Below are positions 49,170 to 59,600 of a stretch of 64,000 bases of DNA, piece after piece. Position 1 is the stretch's first letter. Each line of letters opens with the position of its first letter. The notes below the pieces were generated by a model. The model was not told the DNA's origin and did no database searches. It was given only the letters and a program-made list of their open reading frames with translations. The DNA comes from a virus. The translations under genes and the position numbers were made by a program. The stretch is taken from IMG/VR virus record IMGVR_UViG_3300026130_000003, positions 8,017 through 72,016 of that record, one strand, 5' to 3'.

Positions 49170-51305
49170 ATGTCAGAATTTGATGGAGTAATTAAGGGGT
49201 TTGGAAAAGCGGGTCAGTTCCCTGGATGGGCGACCGACAAAGCAATGTTGTCTGTAGAGAAAGCAGTATCAAGGCAAGACAAACACTTTATGAACATTTC
49301 CAAACTGTTAATCCAGATTGCCAGAGGTGACAAAATAACACAAGGGCAATACAAATCCATGATGGATGAATTGCGTGGGATGCGCAGAGAGGATGAAAAG
49401 GCTCGCAAGCAAAATAAGCAGCAAAATGAGGATAATCAGAAGGATGACAGTAAATTTCAAAAAGAAAACATTTTCACACTGAAATTCTTGGGCGATATTA
49501 TGAAGAAACAACTAGACGCCCAAAAAGAAGGTATAAAAAGTGCAGAAGACCTGAACAAGCGTGTAGAAGAGTTAATCAAACAAGGTCATAGTGAAGCATC
49601 TGCAATGCGATTAGCAACAGCAGAAGACATGGGCGGTAAAATTGACTTTATTAAAGGTGTGGGCGGTAAGTTCGCCGCAGGTTTAACTGCTGTAGTAGGC
49701 ACAATAGCAGCCGCAGACTCGTTTATTATGGAAAACATTAATGAGCGATTAGATTTTTCTAGTGAAATAAGACAGTCAGGTCTGATGGTTGGTTTAGAAG
49801 ATGCTGAAGGTACCCTATCTGAATTTTCTTATGCTGTGAACAAATCAGGATTCTTGATGGGCGAAGCGGCAGCATTTGCGGACAAGTACTCAGAAGCAAT
49901 TGGCAGTCTGGGTATGTTAGATTCATTGAAATTAGTCAAAGACTTTGCATATGGATTGGATGGATCGTTAAATCTAATGAAAGAGTATGCTATGACATTC
50001 GGTCAAACTACTGTTATGACAGGTGAATACTTAGAAACTCTTAAGAACTTAGGCGCGTTAAACCAAATGAGTGAATCGCAACTAAGACAAGGTATGAACA
50101 ATTTCATGGATGCTGTTTCAGATACATCCAAGGTACTAAAAATATCAATGGAAGAATCAGCCGCTTTGATTAAAGAGACACTTGACGAAGATAGAACAAA
50201 GGTATCTTTGGGTATGATGGCAGCCAAAGGTGTTCCTATGGAACAAGTACAGGCTCTAAGTGATGCGATTAGTTCATCTACTATGTTCGGCGCAGGATCA
50301 GAAATGGGTAAAATGTTACAAACTCGTTTAGTAGCAGGAGATAGAGCACAATTCTTGGCTACCGAAGAAGGTAGAGCAATGATGGACAACCCTATCACTG
50401 CTAAACTATTTGAAACGATAGACCGCCTAGCCGTATCATATGAGTCAACTGGTGATCCTGATGCATTGAAAAACGCAATGTCTGAACTTGATGTGTCTTC
50501 TATTTTGGGTAACATGTCAGAAGTTGATAGACAACTATTGATGCGCGGTGAAGGCGGGGTGTCAGGTACACTGCTATCAGAATTAATGTCTATGTCAGAT
50601 AGATTTGACCAAATAGGTCAGGAAGCCCCACAAGTAACTGAAGAAGATTATCAAGCGGCATATTCACAAGATATGAGAAGTCGTAGATTAGGTCTAACAT
50701 TGGAACAGTCTATATCCGCAGGCTTGACAAAGGCGAACTTGGGAGAGAACTTAAAAGATTTGAACCAAGGTATGAATAAATTATTGACTGAACTTCAACC
50801 TAAAATGGATGCGTTGGCAGAAGCAATTGGTGGTAAGTTAGTAGGAGCGATTACTGGATTGCAGGCAACAATCACTGACTTTGCAGGTGATATGCTACGA
50901 GAATCTAATGCACAATCATTGATAGATGCCGATGACGGAAATACAAATGATGCCATAGGATACAATCCTAGTGAAAGTCGTATGTACGATTATTTTGTCA
51001 ATGATGCTGCAGGCGCCGCATTATGGGATATGAAGTCAGGTTTGTTGGCACAGTCAGGACTTGGAAATAAAGAAGCATACTTCAATGATGATTCCGCTAG
51101 AATGTTTGTAGACAGTCTTAAAATGCAAAGGGACAACATGAATTTATCTGATTCTGATTTTAAAGATGTTCTTACTCGACTACTAAAAGAAGCAAACAGT
51201 AATAAGATGGCGGTATCCGCAAATGCGCGTGATGCGACAAATGCACAGGAAACACAATTCCTTATTAATCGAATTAACGAATTGATAAAAACACTCAACG
51301 GATAG
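49170..51305 (+). CDS. Tape-measure-like protein
   Basis: 711 aa, rich in Ala/Gly/Met/Leu and helical throughout, with a hydrophobic stretch (FAAGLTAVVGTIAAA). Adjacent to the chaperone gene. Confidence 0.55.
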   Translation: MSEFDGVIKGFGKAGQFPGWATDKAMLSVEKAVSRQDKHFMNISKLLIQIARGDKITQGQYKSMMDELRGMRREDEKARKQNKQQNEDNQKDDSKFQKENIFTLKFLGDIMKKQLDAQKEGIKSAEDLNKRVEELIKQGHSEASAMRLATAEDMGGKIDFIKGVGGKFAAGLTAVVGTIAAADSFIMENINERLDFSSEIRQSGLMVGLEDAEGTLSEFSYAVNKSGFLMGEAAAFADKYSEAIGSLGMLDSLKLVKDFAYGLDGSLNLMKEYAMTFGQTTVMTGEYLETLKNLGALNQMSESQLRQGMNNFMDAVSDTSKVLKISMEESAALIKETLDEDRTKVSLGMMAAKGVPMEQVQALSDAISSSTMFGAGSEMGKMLQTRLVAGDRAQFLATEEGRAMMDNPITAKLFETIDRLAVSYESTGDPDALKNAMSELDVSSILGNMSEVDRQLLMRGEGGVSGTLLSELMSMSDRFDQIGQEAPQVTEEDYQAAYSQDMRSRRLGLTLEQSISAGLTKANLGENLKDLNQGMNKLLTELQPKMDALAEAIGGKLVGAITGLQATITDFAGDMLRESNAQSLIDADDGNTNDAIGYNPSESRMYDYFVNDAAGAALWDMKSGLLAQSGLGNKEAYFNDDSARMFVDSLKMQRDNMNLSDSDFKDVLTRLLKEANSNKMAVSANARDATNAQETQFLINRINELIKTLNG

Positions 51306-51359
51306 TAGTTGCGGCACAACGATAAATATGCTAAAATAGTTTAAAGGATAGGATTACAA

Positions 51360-53066
51360 ATGGCAACTTGGAAAAAATATTTTAAATCATACGATGGTGG
51401 TGACCGAAGTATGACTAAAACCCCTTCGCAAAGTAAGTACGAAGGCGGTGAAGCAACAAACAAACGTTATAGTTCATGGCTACCAGAAGTGTATCAAGGA
51501 CAGCCTAACCGTGTTCAACGTTACGGGCAATATGATCAGATGGACTTGGATAGCGAAGTTAATGCGGCACTTGATGTAATTGCTGAATTCTCTACACTAA
51601 AGAACGAAACAACTGATATGCCGTTTGATATACATTGGAACGAAGACCCGACTGAAAGTGAGTCTGAAGTTATTCAGAAGTCACTGCGCCAGTGGGTAAA
51701 CTTGAACGAACTAAAAAAGCGTTCATTCCGTATATTCCGTAATGCAATCAAATATGGTGATCAAATTTTCATTCGTGATCCTGAAACATATCGTTTATTT
51801 TGGGTTGATCCATCGAAAGTAGAAAAGATTCTAGTAAATGAAAGTAAAGGTAAAAAGCCTGAAGTTTACTTTATTCGTGATATCGACTTGAATATCGGCG
51901 AAATGAGTGTAACTGCATCGGAAGACAAAATGAAAAATCTTCCTACAGGTTATCAAGTAGGTACTCCTAACACGAATGCAAATGCTGGCACATTCGGATC
52001 TGCTGGCGGATCAAGATTGGGGCATAGTGAAGAAGCAATGCCAGTAGATGCCAAACACATTGTACACCTATCATTAAGTGAAGGTATTGATAGTTTCTGG
52101 CCATTTGGAACTTCAATACTTGAGCCTATCTTTAAAGTGTATAAGCAAAAAGAACTATTGGAAGACGCAATACTAATTTACCGTGTTCAACGTGCTCCGG
52201 AGCGCCGCGTATTTTATATTGATGTGGGTTCAATGCCGACACACAAAGCACGAACACACTTAGAGCGTATCAAGAATGAAATTCACCAACGTAGAATTCC
52301 ATCCAAGACAGGTGGCGGACAAAACATTACTGATTCTGCATACAACCCACTATCAGTAATGGAAGATTATTTCTTTGCTCAAACTGCGGAAGGGCGCGGG
52401 TCTCGTGTTGAAACACTACCAGGTGGTGAAAACTTAGGTCAGATTGATGATTTGCGTTACTTCAATAACAAGATGTTCCGTGGTCTTCGTGTCCCACCAT
52501 CATACATGGGTGCTAGTGATAATGATCCTGACTCTAGTGTTAACGATGGACGTATTGGTTCGGCAATGATTCAAGAGTTCCGCTTTACTAAATTCTGTGA
52601 ACGTCTACAGAACTTGTTGGCAGACGAACTTGATTACGAATTTAAAATGTTTTTGAAAAAACGTGGTGTTCAAGTAGAAAGTTCACAGTTCAATTTAACA
52701 TTCAACCCGCCACAGAACTTTGGTAAGTTCCGACAAGCCGAAGTAGATTCAGTAATGATTAATGTGTTCTCTAGTGTGGCAGATTTGCCATACATGAGTA
52801 AACGCTTTGCGCTAAAACGCTTTATGGGTCTAACCGAAGATGAAATCCTAGAAAACGAAAGCATGGTCATGGAAGAGCGTGGTGACACAAACTACGCTGA
52901 CGGAGATATGGCAGGTATGGGTGACGTAGGTTCTGCTCCTCCTCCTGAAGGTGATGACATAGGCGGTGAAGACTTTGATTTCGGACCAGAAGATGATATG
53001 GAAGATGAAGGTTCCCCAATCTCTGGTAATGAAAACGCTCCGGATGAAGACACTGAAGAATTATAA
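51360..53066 (+). CDS. gp20: Portal vertex protein
   Basis: LEDAILIYRVQRAPERRVFYIDVG, EDYF, VETLPGGENLGQIDD, GLRVPPSY, QEFRF. Late box at 51321-51328. Confidence 0.95.
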   Translation: MATWKKYFKSYDGGDRSMTKTPSQSKYEGGEATNKRYSSWLPEVYQGQPNRVQRYGQYDQMDLDSEVNAALDVIAEFSTLKNETTDMPFDIHWNEDPTESESEVIQKSLRQWVNLNELKKRSFRIFRNAIKYGDQIFIRDPETYRLFWVDPSKVEKILVNESKGKKPEVYFIRDIDLNIGEMSVTASEDKMKNLPTGYQVGTPNTNANAGTFGSAGGSRLGHSEEAMPVDAKHIVHLSLSEGIDSFWPFGTSILEPIFKVYKQKELLEDAILIYRVQRAPERRVFYIDVGSMPTHKARTHLERIKNEIHQRRIPSKTGGGQNITDSAYNPLSVMEDYFFAQTAEGRGSRVETLPGGENLGQIDDLRYFNNKMFRGLRVPPSYMGASDNDPDSSVNDGRIGSAMIQEFRFTKFCERLQNLLADELDYEFKMFLKKRGVQVESSQFNLTFNPPQNFGKFRQAEVDSVMINVFSSVADLPYMSKRFALKRFMGLTEDEILENESMVMEERGDTNYADGDMAGMGDVGSAPPPEGDDIGGEDFDFGPEDDMEDEGSPISGNENAPDEDTEEL

Positions 53067-53086
53067 GGATATTGATAAATAAAGTT

Positions 53087-53305
53087 ATGAGATATCAAGA
53101 ACTTACAGAAAATTATTCACCGGAAGAAGATTCGATGAACACTATAGAGGTAAGCGATGTGCGAAAATCACGCCTTACCCTTATACATTTGTCAAAACTC
53201 AGAAACATAAGAGAATACCGCAAGTACGAAAATTCTAAAAGAGCCGATAGATTGTCAACAATTTATGGTGCTCAGTCAGAAGAAGGCGGCGACCTTGAAA
53301 TGTAA
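53087..53305 (+). CDS. Small head-region protein
   Basis: Likely start MRYQEL at 53087 just after GATAAATA. RKSRLTLIHLSKLR...IYG. Confidence 0.6.
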   Translation: MRYQELTENYSPEEDSMNTIEVSDVRKSRLTLIHLSKLRNIREYRKYENSKRADRLSTIYGAQSEEGGDLEM

Positions 53306-53493
53306 AAAGACAGCAGTTTATCTACTGTTACTTCCGTATAAATATCATACGGTTACTTTTTTAGCCAAAAAGTAACCGTTTTCCTACATTCTCACATATA
53401 ATATACAGATATAAGTAAATACTATTAGAACAGAAGTATGTTCTATAACTTTGCCACATAGAAAGTGGTTTAACCGATAAGGAGACTATAAAG

Positions 53494-54315
53494 ATGCCAA
53501 GAAGTGCGCTAGAACAAGTGTTGGAACTTCTTATTAACGAAGAACGTGAAGCCGCGGAAGAGTTGCTACATGATTTCATCGTTGAAAACGCTCGTCAGAT
53601 CCACGAAGAACTTCTAAGCGAAAGTGACGAAGTTGTAGAAGAAGATTTGGAAGACCTAGACGAGTCAGAAGAAGATTACACTGAAATTGAAGACGATGCT
53701 GATGAACTAGATTCAGAAGCAATTTACGATGCTGACGAAATGGAAGATGAAGAAGCCCTAGATGATCTAGAAATGGATGATGAAGAAGGCGAATTCGATT
53801 TCGATGACGACGGTATGGAAGACGAACACGAAGAAGAACACGGTGACGTGGAATCTCGTGTAGATGACCTAGAATCTGCAATCGCTGAACTTGAAGCCGA
53901 ATTTGAAAAAATTATGGCTGGTGATGAAGACGAAGAAGAAATGGACATGGATCTAGAAGACGATGAAGAAGTTGAAGAATCTTTCATGGAAGATGAAGAA
54001 CTTGAAGAGTCTGATGACGAAGAACTAGTTGAGTATGTTAACAAAGCAACTGCTAAGCCAGGTGATAACGGCGACATGACTCAATCTACAGTTAACGCTA
54101 ATCCAAAACGTCCAGGTGATGAATCAAGTGCTGCTCCAGTAGGTGCCCGTGATGGTAACACTGCTGGTGGTAAAGGAGAATCACCAAAAGAAATGAATAC
54201 TGGTAACGTTAATGTTTCTGGTAAGAAAGCACCTAAAATGAAAGGTGAAAAAGGCAAGCCAGGTGATGACGGTGATAAATCCGCTCATTCTACCCTAACT
54301 GGCCTTAAAAAGTAA
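53494..54315 (+). CDS. Highly acidic prohead core/scaffold protein
   Basis: Extreme D/E content, many L-x-E protease sites, lies between portal and protease, AAGGAG RBS. Confidence 0.7.
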   Translation: MPRSALEQVLELLINEEREAAEELLHDFIVENARQIHEELLSESDEVVEEDLEDLDESEEDYTEIEDDADELDSEAIYDADEMEDEEALDDLEMDDEEGEFDFDDDGMEDEHEEEHGDVESRVDDLESAIAELEAEFEKIMAGDEDEEEMDMDLEDDEEVEESFMEDEELEESDDEELVEYVNKATAKPGDNGDMTQSTVNANPKRPGDESSAAPVGARDGNTAGGKGESPKEMNTGNVNVSGKKAPKMKGEKGKPGDDGDKSAHSTLTGLKK

Positions 54316-54332
54316 GATAAGGGGTTAAGACT

Positions 54333-54965
54333 ATGTCCATTCTTATAGAAAGACTATCACATTCACAAGCAAACGTCAAGGCGAAAATTGTTGAAAGTGA
54401 TGATGGCAAGAAGGATATGTTCATGGAAGGCATTTTCGTCCAAGGCGGCGTTAAAAATGCTAACCAGAGAGTCTACCCGGTTTCAGAAATCGCTCGTGCT
54501 GTGGAGTCCGTTCAGAAGAAAATTTCTTCTGGATTCCCTGTACTTGGCGAATGTGACCACCCACCAGAATTGACAGTAAATGTTGACCGTGTTTCACACA
54601 TTATTGAAAATATGTGGATGGATGGTCCTAATGGTTATGGCAAACTAAAAATTGTTCCAACACCTATGGGTAATATCATTAGAACATTGATTGAATCGGG
54701 TGCTACGCTAGGCGTTTCGTCTCGTGGCTCAGGTGAAGTTGATGGTAGTGGTAGCGTGAGCAATTTTGAAATCGTAACGGTAGACATTGTAGCACAACCT
54801 AGTGCTCCAGATGCATATCCAAAGGCGATTTACGAAGGACTAATGAACATGCGTGGAGGAAATCAAATATGGAATCTTGCACAACATGCTCAATACGACA
54901 ACACGGCAGAACATTATCTGTCTAAGGAAATAGTTAAGTTCATCAACGAACTTAAACTTAAATAG
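54333..54965 (+). CDS. gp21: Prohead core protease
   Basis: NANQRVYP, GECDHP, VSH, GVSSRGSG, DIVAQPSAPDA. Confidence 0.93.
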   Translation: MSILIERLSHSQANVKAKIVESDDGKKDMFMEGIFVQGGVKNANQRVYPVSEIARAVESVQKKISSGFPVLGECDHPPELTVNVDRVSHIIENMWMDGPNGYGKLKIVPTPMGNIIRTLIESGATLGVSSRGSGEVDGSGSVSNFEIVTVDIVAQPSAPDAYPKAIYEGLMNMRGGNQIWNLAQHAQYDNTAEHYLSKEIVKFINELKLK

Positions 54966-54976
54966 GAGACCTAACA

Positions 54977-56083
54977 ATGGCAAAAGATATCCTTGCTGGT
55001 CTTCTTGAGTCTGGTGTTTTAAGCGAAGACGCTGCGGCACCAATTAAAGAGGCTTGGGAAGCAAAACTAAATGAAGCAAGAGAGGAAATCACAGCAGAAT
55101 TGCGTGAGGAGTTTGCCCAGAAGTTTGAACACGACAAAGGCGTGATTGTAGAAGCAATGGAACATACCATTGAATCTGCTATCCGTTCTGAAATCGAAGA
55201 GTTTCAAGCCGACAGACAAGCACTAATCGCAGAACGTATTGCTTATAAAAAAGCAATTACGGAACATGCTAAACTTCTCGAAAAATTCATTACTTCTCAA
55301 CTTGCATCAGAAGTTAAGGAACTTCATGCTGACCGCACCAAGATGAACGAATCTCTAGAAACAACTAAGACTTTCGTTACTAAACAATTGGCGCGTGAAC
55401 TAGCAGAGTTCCACAAAGACAAAGCAGAACTAGTTGAAACTAAGGTTCGCATGGTCGCGGAAGGCAAAGAACTTCTAAAGAAAACCAAAGAATCATTTAT
55501 CAAACGTTCGGCACAACTTGTCGAAAAAACTATCACAGATTCACTACGTTCAGAACTAACAATGCTGAAAGAAGACATTCAACAGGCTAAAGAAAATGAC
55601 TTTGGTCGCCGTCTATTTGAAGCATTCGCAGGTGAGTTCATGGCTTCACAACTTAATGAAGGAACTGAAGTATCTAAAATGAACAAGAAACTAAACGAAT
55701 CTGCTGAAACTGTTGCTAAACTAGAAGCAATGATTGCTGAAAAAGAAGACGCAATTGCACAGGCACAAAAGAAAGTACGTATTATGGAAGACCGTGCTAA
55801 CCGTAACAAGGTTATGACCGAACTTCTAAAACCACTTTCTGGCGAAAAACGCCGTGTGATGGGTGATCTACTTGAATCAGTAAAAACCCAGAATCTTAAA
55901 TCAGCATTTAAGAAATACTTACCTGCTGTTTTAAATGAAACTGTTTCCTCTAATGAGGGAGCGAAACAGACTTTAACCGAAGGCAAAGTGACTGAACACA
56001 CTGGTAATCGCAAAGTTGATGCGACTAATCAGAGTGGCGATGCCGATATTGTCGTGCTACGTAAACTAGCAGGACTTAACTAA
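54977..56083 (+). CDS. gp22: Prohead scaffolding protein
   Basis: Long coiled coil between protease and MCP. GRRLFEAF, many L/I-x-E sites. Confidence 0.8.
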   Translation: MAKDILAGLLESGVLSEDAAAPIKEAWEAKLNEAREEITAELREEFAQKFEHDKGVIVEAMEHTIESAIRSEIEEFQADRQALIAERIAYKKAITEHAKLLEKFITSQLASEVKELHADRTKMNESLETTKTFVTKQLARELAEFHKDKAELVETKVRMVAEGKELLKKTKESFIKRSAQLVEKTITDSLRSELTMLKEDIQQAKENDFGRRLFEAFAGEFMASQLNEGTEVSKMNKKLNESAETVAKLEAMIAEKEDAIAQAQKKVRIMEDRANRNKVMTELLKPLSGEKRRVMGDLLESVKTQNLKSAFKKYLPAVLNETVSSNEGAKQTLTEGKVTEHTGNRKVDATNQSGDADIVVLRKLAGLN

Positions 56084-56109
56084 TCCAGATATAACAGGAG
56101 AACATAAAG

Positions 56110-57267
56110 ATGGAAAATCTTTTTGAAGGAAATAACTGGGATACTACACGCGAAGCCCTACTAGATGGTCTACAAGGCAACAAGCGCGATGTAATGTCTT
56201 CAGTACTAGAAAACACTAAAAAGGCTCTAAACGAGTCTGCTACTGCTGGTGCGACACAAGCAGGTAACATTGCTACACTAAACAAAGTAATTCTACCAGT
56301 TATCCGTCGTGTAATGCCTACAGTAATTGCTAACGAAATCATCGGTGTACAACCAATGACTGGTCCAGTTGGTCAGATCCACACTCTACGTGTACGTTAC
56401 GCTGACAATGCTGGCGCTACAACTGCTGGTTCAGAAGCACTATCTCCATTCGATATTGCTAAAAACTACTCTGGTGACGGCGTAAATGCTCCACTACCAA
56501 CTGCTGCTCTAGAAGGTGCTGCTGGTAACCGCATGTCAATCCAAGTATTGAAGCAAACTGTTGAAGCGAAAACTCGTAAACTAAGTGCTCGCTGGACATT
56601 CGAAGCGGCTCAAGACGCTAACGCAATGCACGGTCTAGATATCGAAGCAGAAATCATGGCTGCTCTAGCAATGGAAATCACTGCTGAAATCGACCAAGAG
56701 ATCCTAGGTTCACTAGAAAATCTAGCAACTACTGGTGCTACTTTCGACATGAACGGTGCGTTCACTGGTACTCCAACATTCGTTGGTGACCGTCACGCAG
56801 TTCTAGCAACTCTAATCAACCAACAAGCAAACCTTGTTGCACAACGTACTCGCCGTGGTGCTGCTAACTGGGCTGTAGTTTCACCTGCTGCTCTAACAGT
56901 TCTACAATCTGCGACTACTTCTGCATTCGCTCGTACTACTGAAGGTACTTTCGAAGCGCCTACTAACACTAAATTCGTTGGTACTCTAAACGGTACTATG
57001 CGTGTTTACGTTAACACTTACGCTTCTGATACTTCTCCAGTACTACTAGGCTACAAAGGTCAAGGCGAAATTGATGCGGCAGCATTCTACTGTCCATATG
57101 TTCCGCTAATGTCTTCTGGCGTTGTAGTAGATCCTGCTACATTCGAACCAGTAGTATCATTCATGACACGTTACGGTTACGTAGAACTAACTAATACTGC
57201 ATCATCTCTAGGTAATGCGGCTGACTACGTTTCTAAGATTGCTGTACAGAACCTAGCGTTTGTATAA
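56110..57267 (+). CDS. gp23: Major capsid protein
   Basis: VIRRVMP...GVQPMTGPVG, VEAKTRKLSARWT, EIDQE, FYCPYVPL, MTRYG. Putative maturation site LNE/S. Confidence 0.96.
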   Translation: MENLFEGNNWDTTREALLDGLQGNKRDVMSSVLENTKKALNESATAGATQAGNIATLNKVILPVIRRVMPTVIANEIIGVQPMTGPVGQIHTLRVRYADNAGATTAGSEALSPFDIAKNYSGDGVNAPLPTAALEGAAGNRMSIQVLKQTVEAKTRKLSARWTFEAAQDANAMHGLDIEAEIMAALAMEITAEIDQEILGSLENLATTGATFDMNGAFTGTPTFVGDRHAVLATLINQQANLVAQRTRRGAANWAVVSPAALTVLQSATTSAFARTTEGTFEAPTNTKFVGTLNGTMRVYVNTYASDTSPVLLGYKGQGEIDAAAFYCPYVPLMSSGVVVDPATFEPVVSFMTRYGYVELTNTASSLGNAADYVSKIAVQNLAFV

Positions 57268-57293
57268 TATCTCTTAGATATTTGTCAAAATGG

Positions 57294-57318
57294 ACCCAGG
57301 CTTCGGCCTGGGTTTTTT
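57294..57318 (+). terminator. Intrinsic terminator after MCP
   Basis: ACCCAGG-cUUCGg-CCTGGGT-TTTTT. Confidence 0.9.
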
Positions 57319-58759
57319 ATGGATTGTAAATAAACACTAAGTTCCCACAATCCCAATATCTTTTATAGTTAGCATTGAACATATTTTTTGACTCGCTTAA
57401 TTCAGAATCAAAGGAACTTAACCAATTTTTTAAGTTTGATTTCCTACACTTGTATCTACTAAGTATTTCATTCCCATCAGTCCAATAGTATCCAGGACCT
57501 GTCTCTTTTACCAATTCAAATCCCATAGAATAATAACCATTGCCATTAGACTTGCTACGGTCACAATAACTTATTATAGGTTGATTTACTATGTTATGCA
57601 AGTGTTTAATTAGTTTACTTGCTCCGCCTACAACGGTAATTCCGCTTTTACTACATAGTCTATGCAATTCTATTGAGTCATCTTTGGTGAATCTATTTTT
57701 GCCAGCCGATATTAGCATAACTAAGTCATCACCTTTATATAAACCGAAATAATACTTACTGCCTAATGCTCCCTGTATGTGATAACGATCCATAAAATTC
57801 AATGCTGTTTTTGTGTCAACCGATTGTATTGTCGTATTTCTAGCATATATTTTATCGTTTTTGCCTAGTTTGCTTCTTATAATAGATTTCACAATATCCT
57901 TTTTGTGTGTCCATTCATAATCGGTAATGTGTATTAAATCAATGCCTTTTTCCTTTGCCTCTAAAGTCTTATCGATATGTCTACTACGATTTTCAATGTG
58001 TTGGGTTTCAGGATTATAACTATGCCAATACAAACCATTGACTTCAATGGCGAAATTATGTGATGGAACTAATATATCTAATTCTTTGGTTTTTAGTGTT
58101 TCCCAGTCTGAATGTACTGCTTTTACCCTTAAGATTGTGGTTATATATTCGTATATCTCTTTTTCTGTAAGGGAACGATTGTAATTTTGTTGAATCTCAA
58201 ATCCATGCTGCCTACAATAATCAAGTACTGTACCATAGTATATCTTAAGGTCTTTGGCTATTTCAAAACCTGATTTGTTATCAGTTATATATTCTTTCTC
58301 TAACCAATTTTTGTTTGATAGTTTTTCATGTACATGATCTGGTATCTTTGGTTTCTTCCATATGTGTTTGATATCCGAGCGTTGCGAATTGTACTCGACT
58401 CCATATTTTTCAACCATCGTGGCTTTTCGCTTTTGATTGGCTTTTATTTTTTCTTCTTTTGATGCGTTATGTTTTGTGTGACTTACCTTTTCAGAAAGGG
58501 TATCTCTAGTACATTCACATACATTTGCAGGCCCGCAGTTTTTGTAACCGTTGGATATTCTTGATACTTCTCGTTTATTTCCATTTACGCAAATATTAGT
58601 CTTGCCGTCATTGATTGCGCTGTAAATATGCGTAGGAAAATGCTCACTGTCTGCTTTCGATTGCGACATGACCCAATCATACATTGCCGGATCTTTCTTA
58701 ATCATCATGGCGTAATGTTTGGGTTTGTCGTGTATTAAGTCTAATATTTTTTGTTTCAT
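57317..58759 (-). CDS. Hef-like free-standing homing endonuclease (Vsr/DUF559-type nuclease plus C-terminal domain)
   Basis: KYGVEY repeat, ELDI...AIEVNGLYWHS, HITDYEW, IYAR, HIQG, GGASKL, SYCD, WDCG. Convergent with MCP and AT-rich. Confidence 0.75.
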   Translation of the reverse strand: MKQKILDLIHDKPKHYAMMIKKDPAMYDWVMSQSKADSEHFPTHIYSAINDGKTNICVNGNKREVSRISNGYKNCGPANVCECTRDTLSEKVSHTKHNASKEEKIKANQKRKATMVEKYGVEYNSQRSDIKHIWKKPKIPDHVHEKLSNKNWLEKEYITDNKSGFEIAKDLKIYYGTVLDYCRQHGFEIQQNYNRSLTEKEIYEYITTILRVKAVHSDWETLKTKELDILVPSHNFAIEVNGLYWHSYNPETQHIENRSRHIDKTLEAKEKGIDLIHITDYEWTHKKDIVKSIIRSKLGKNDKIYARNTTIQSVDTKTALNFMDRYHIQGALGSKYYFGLYKGDDLVMLISAGKNRFTKDDSIELHRLCSKSGITVVGGASKLIKHLHNIVNQPIISYCDRSKSNGNGYYSMGFELVKETGPGYYWTDGNEILSRYKCRKSNLKNWLSSFDSELSESKNMFNANYKRYWDCGNLVFIYNP

Positions 58760-58848
58760 ATGGTATATGTATTTGATGTAGTTGCGTTCTACTAGTATAT
58801 ATCATCTATGCTAAAATAGCAAGCGGTAATTTATACTAAATAACTTTT

Positions 58849-59544
58849 ATGAATACATCAAAAACAAACATTACAATATGGGGTGATAGTTGGGGAGTAC
58901 CCAACTATGCAATGCCACTAGATGGTTTTACTGCTGACGGACATACTGAGTATCACTTAAAACGTTACGGATACAATGTCACCAACTTATCTGAAAATGG
59001 TAGAGGTAATTTTAGTAGTATAGCAAAGTCATCCATAAAGAAACAATACGAGTGTGATTATATTGTTTGGTTTCACACAGAGTTGCCTAGAGATTTCAAC
59101 TTACAATATTTAGACCCGCCTGAATGGACATACAATGATTTACTAGAAAAGACAGCACATAAGGTATATAAATGGGCTGCTGATGCGATAGTGAATATGG
59201 GCAATCCTAAGGTTATAGTCGTTGAAGGTCAAGCACCACTGCATGAAATATACAAAGAATATATCACACCGGATCACATCATAGAAGATTGGAGAAGTCA
59301 ATTACTGAAAGAATCAATGCCATATTCACATCTAGTATCAAACTGGAATATATTAGAAGACAAAAACAATCGTGATCCTATACAACTAAAAAATGAATTG
59401 TTCAAAGATGCTGAAATGATACTAGATGCGATGAAAGAAAATGAAGAACATTTTAAAGATAACTGTCATCCTGGCAACGATGCTCACCAACAACTGTCAA
59501 AACAGATACATAATATAATCATTTCGAATAACAATGATAAATAG
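58849..59544 (+). CDS. SGNH/GDSL-like hydrolase
   Basis: IWGDSW, NLSENGRGN, DNCHP. Confidence 0.6.
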   Translation: MNTSKTNITIWGDSWGVPNYAMPLDGFTADGHTEYHLKRYGYNVTNLSENGRGNFSSIAKSSIKKQYECDYIVWFHTELPRDFNLQYLDPPEWTYNDLLEKTAHKVYKWAADAIVNMGNPKVIVVEGQAPLHEIYKEYITPDHIIEDWRSQLLKESMPYSHLVSNWNILEDKNNRDPIQLKNELFKDAEMILDAMKENEEHFKDNCHPGNDAHQQLSKQIHNIIISNNNDK

Positions 59545-59600
59545 TCGAGTAGTGTAAAAATTAGTTTACCAATAACATAGTTAAAACGGAAGAAAATAAA

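Noticed and set aside
3849-56342. Numerous short antisense or overlapping ORFs in the track (for example 3849..4226, 11620..12144, 15288..15833, 39968..40450, 50003..50515, 53724..54077)
   Set aside because: They are shadows of well-supported genes on the opposite strand, Ser/Ile-rich, and lack an RBS or recognisable motifs.
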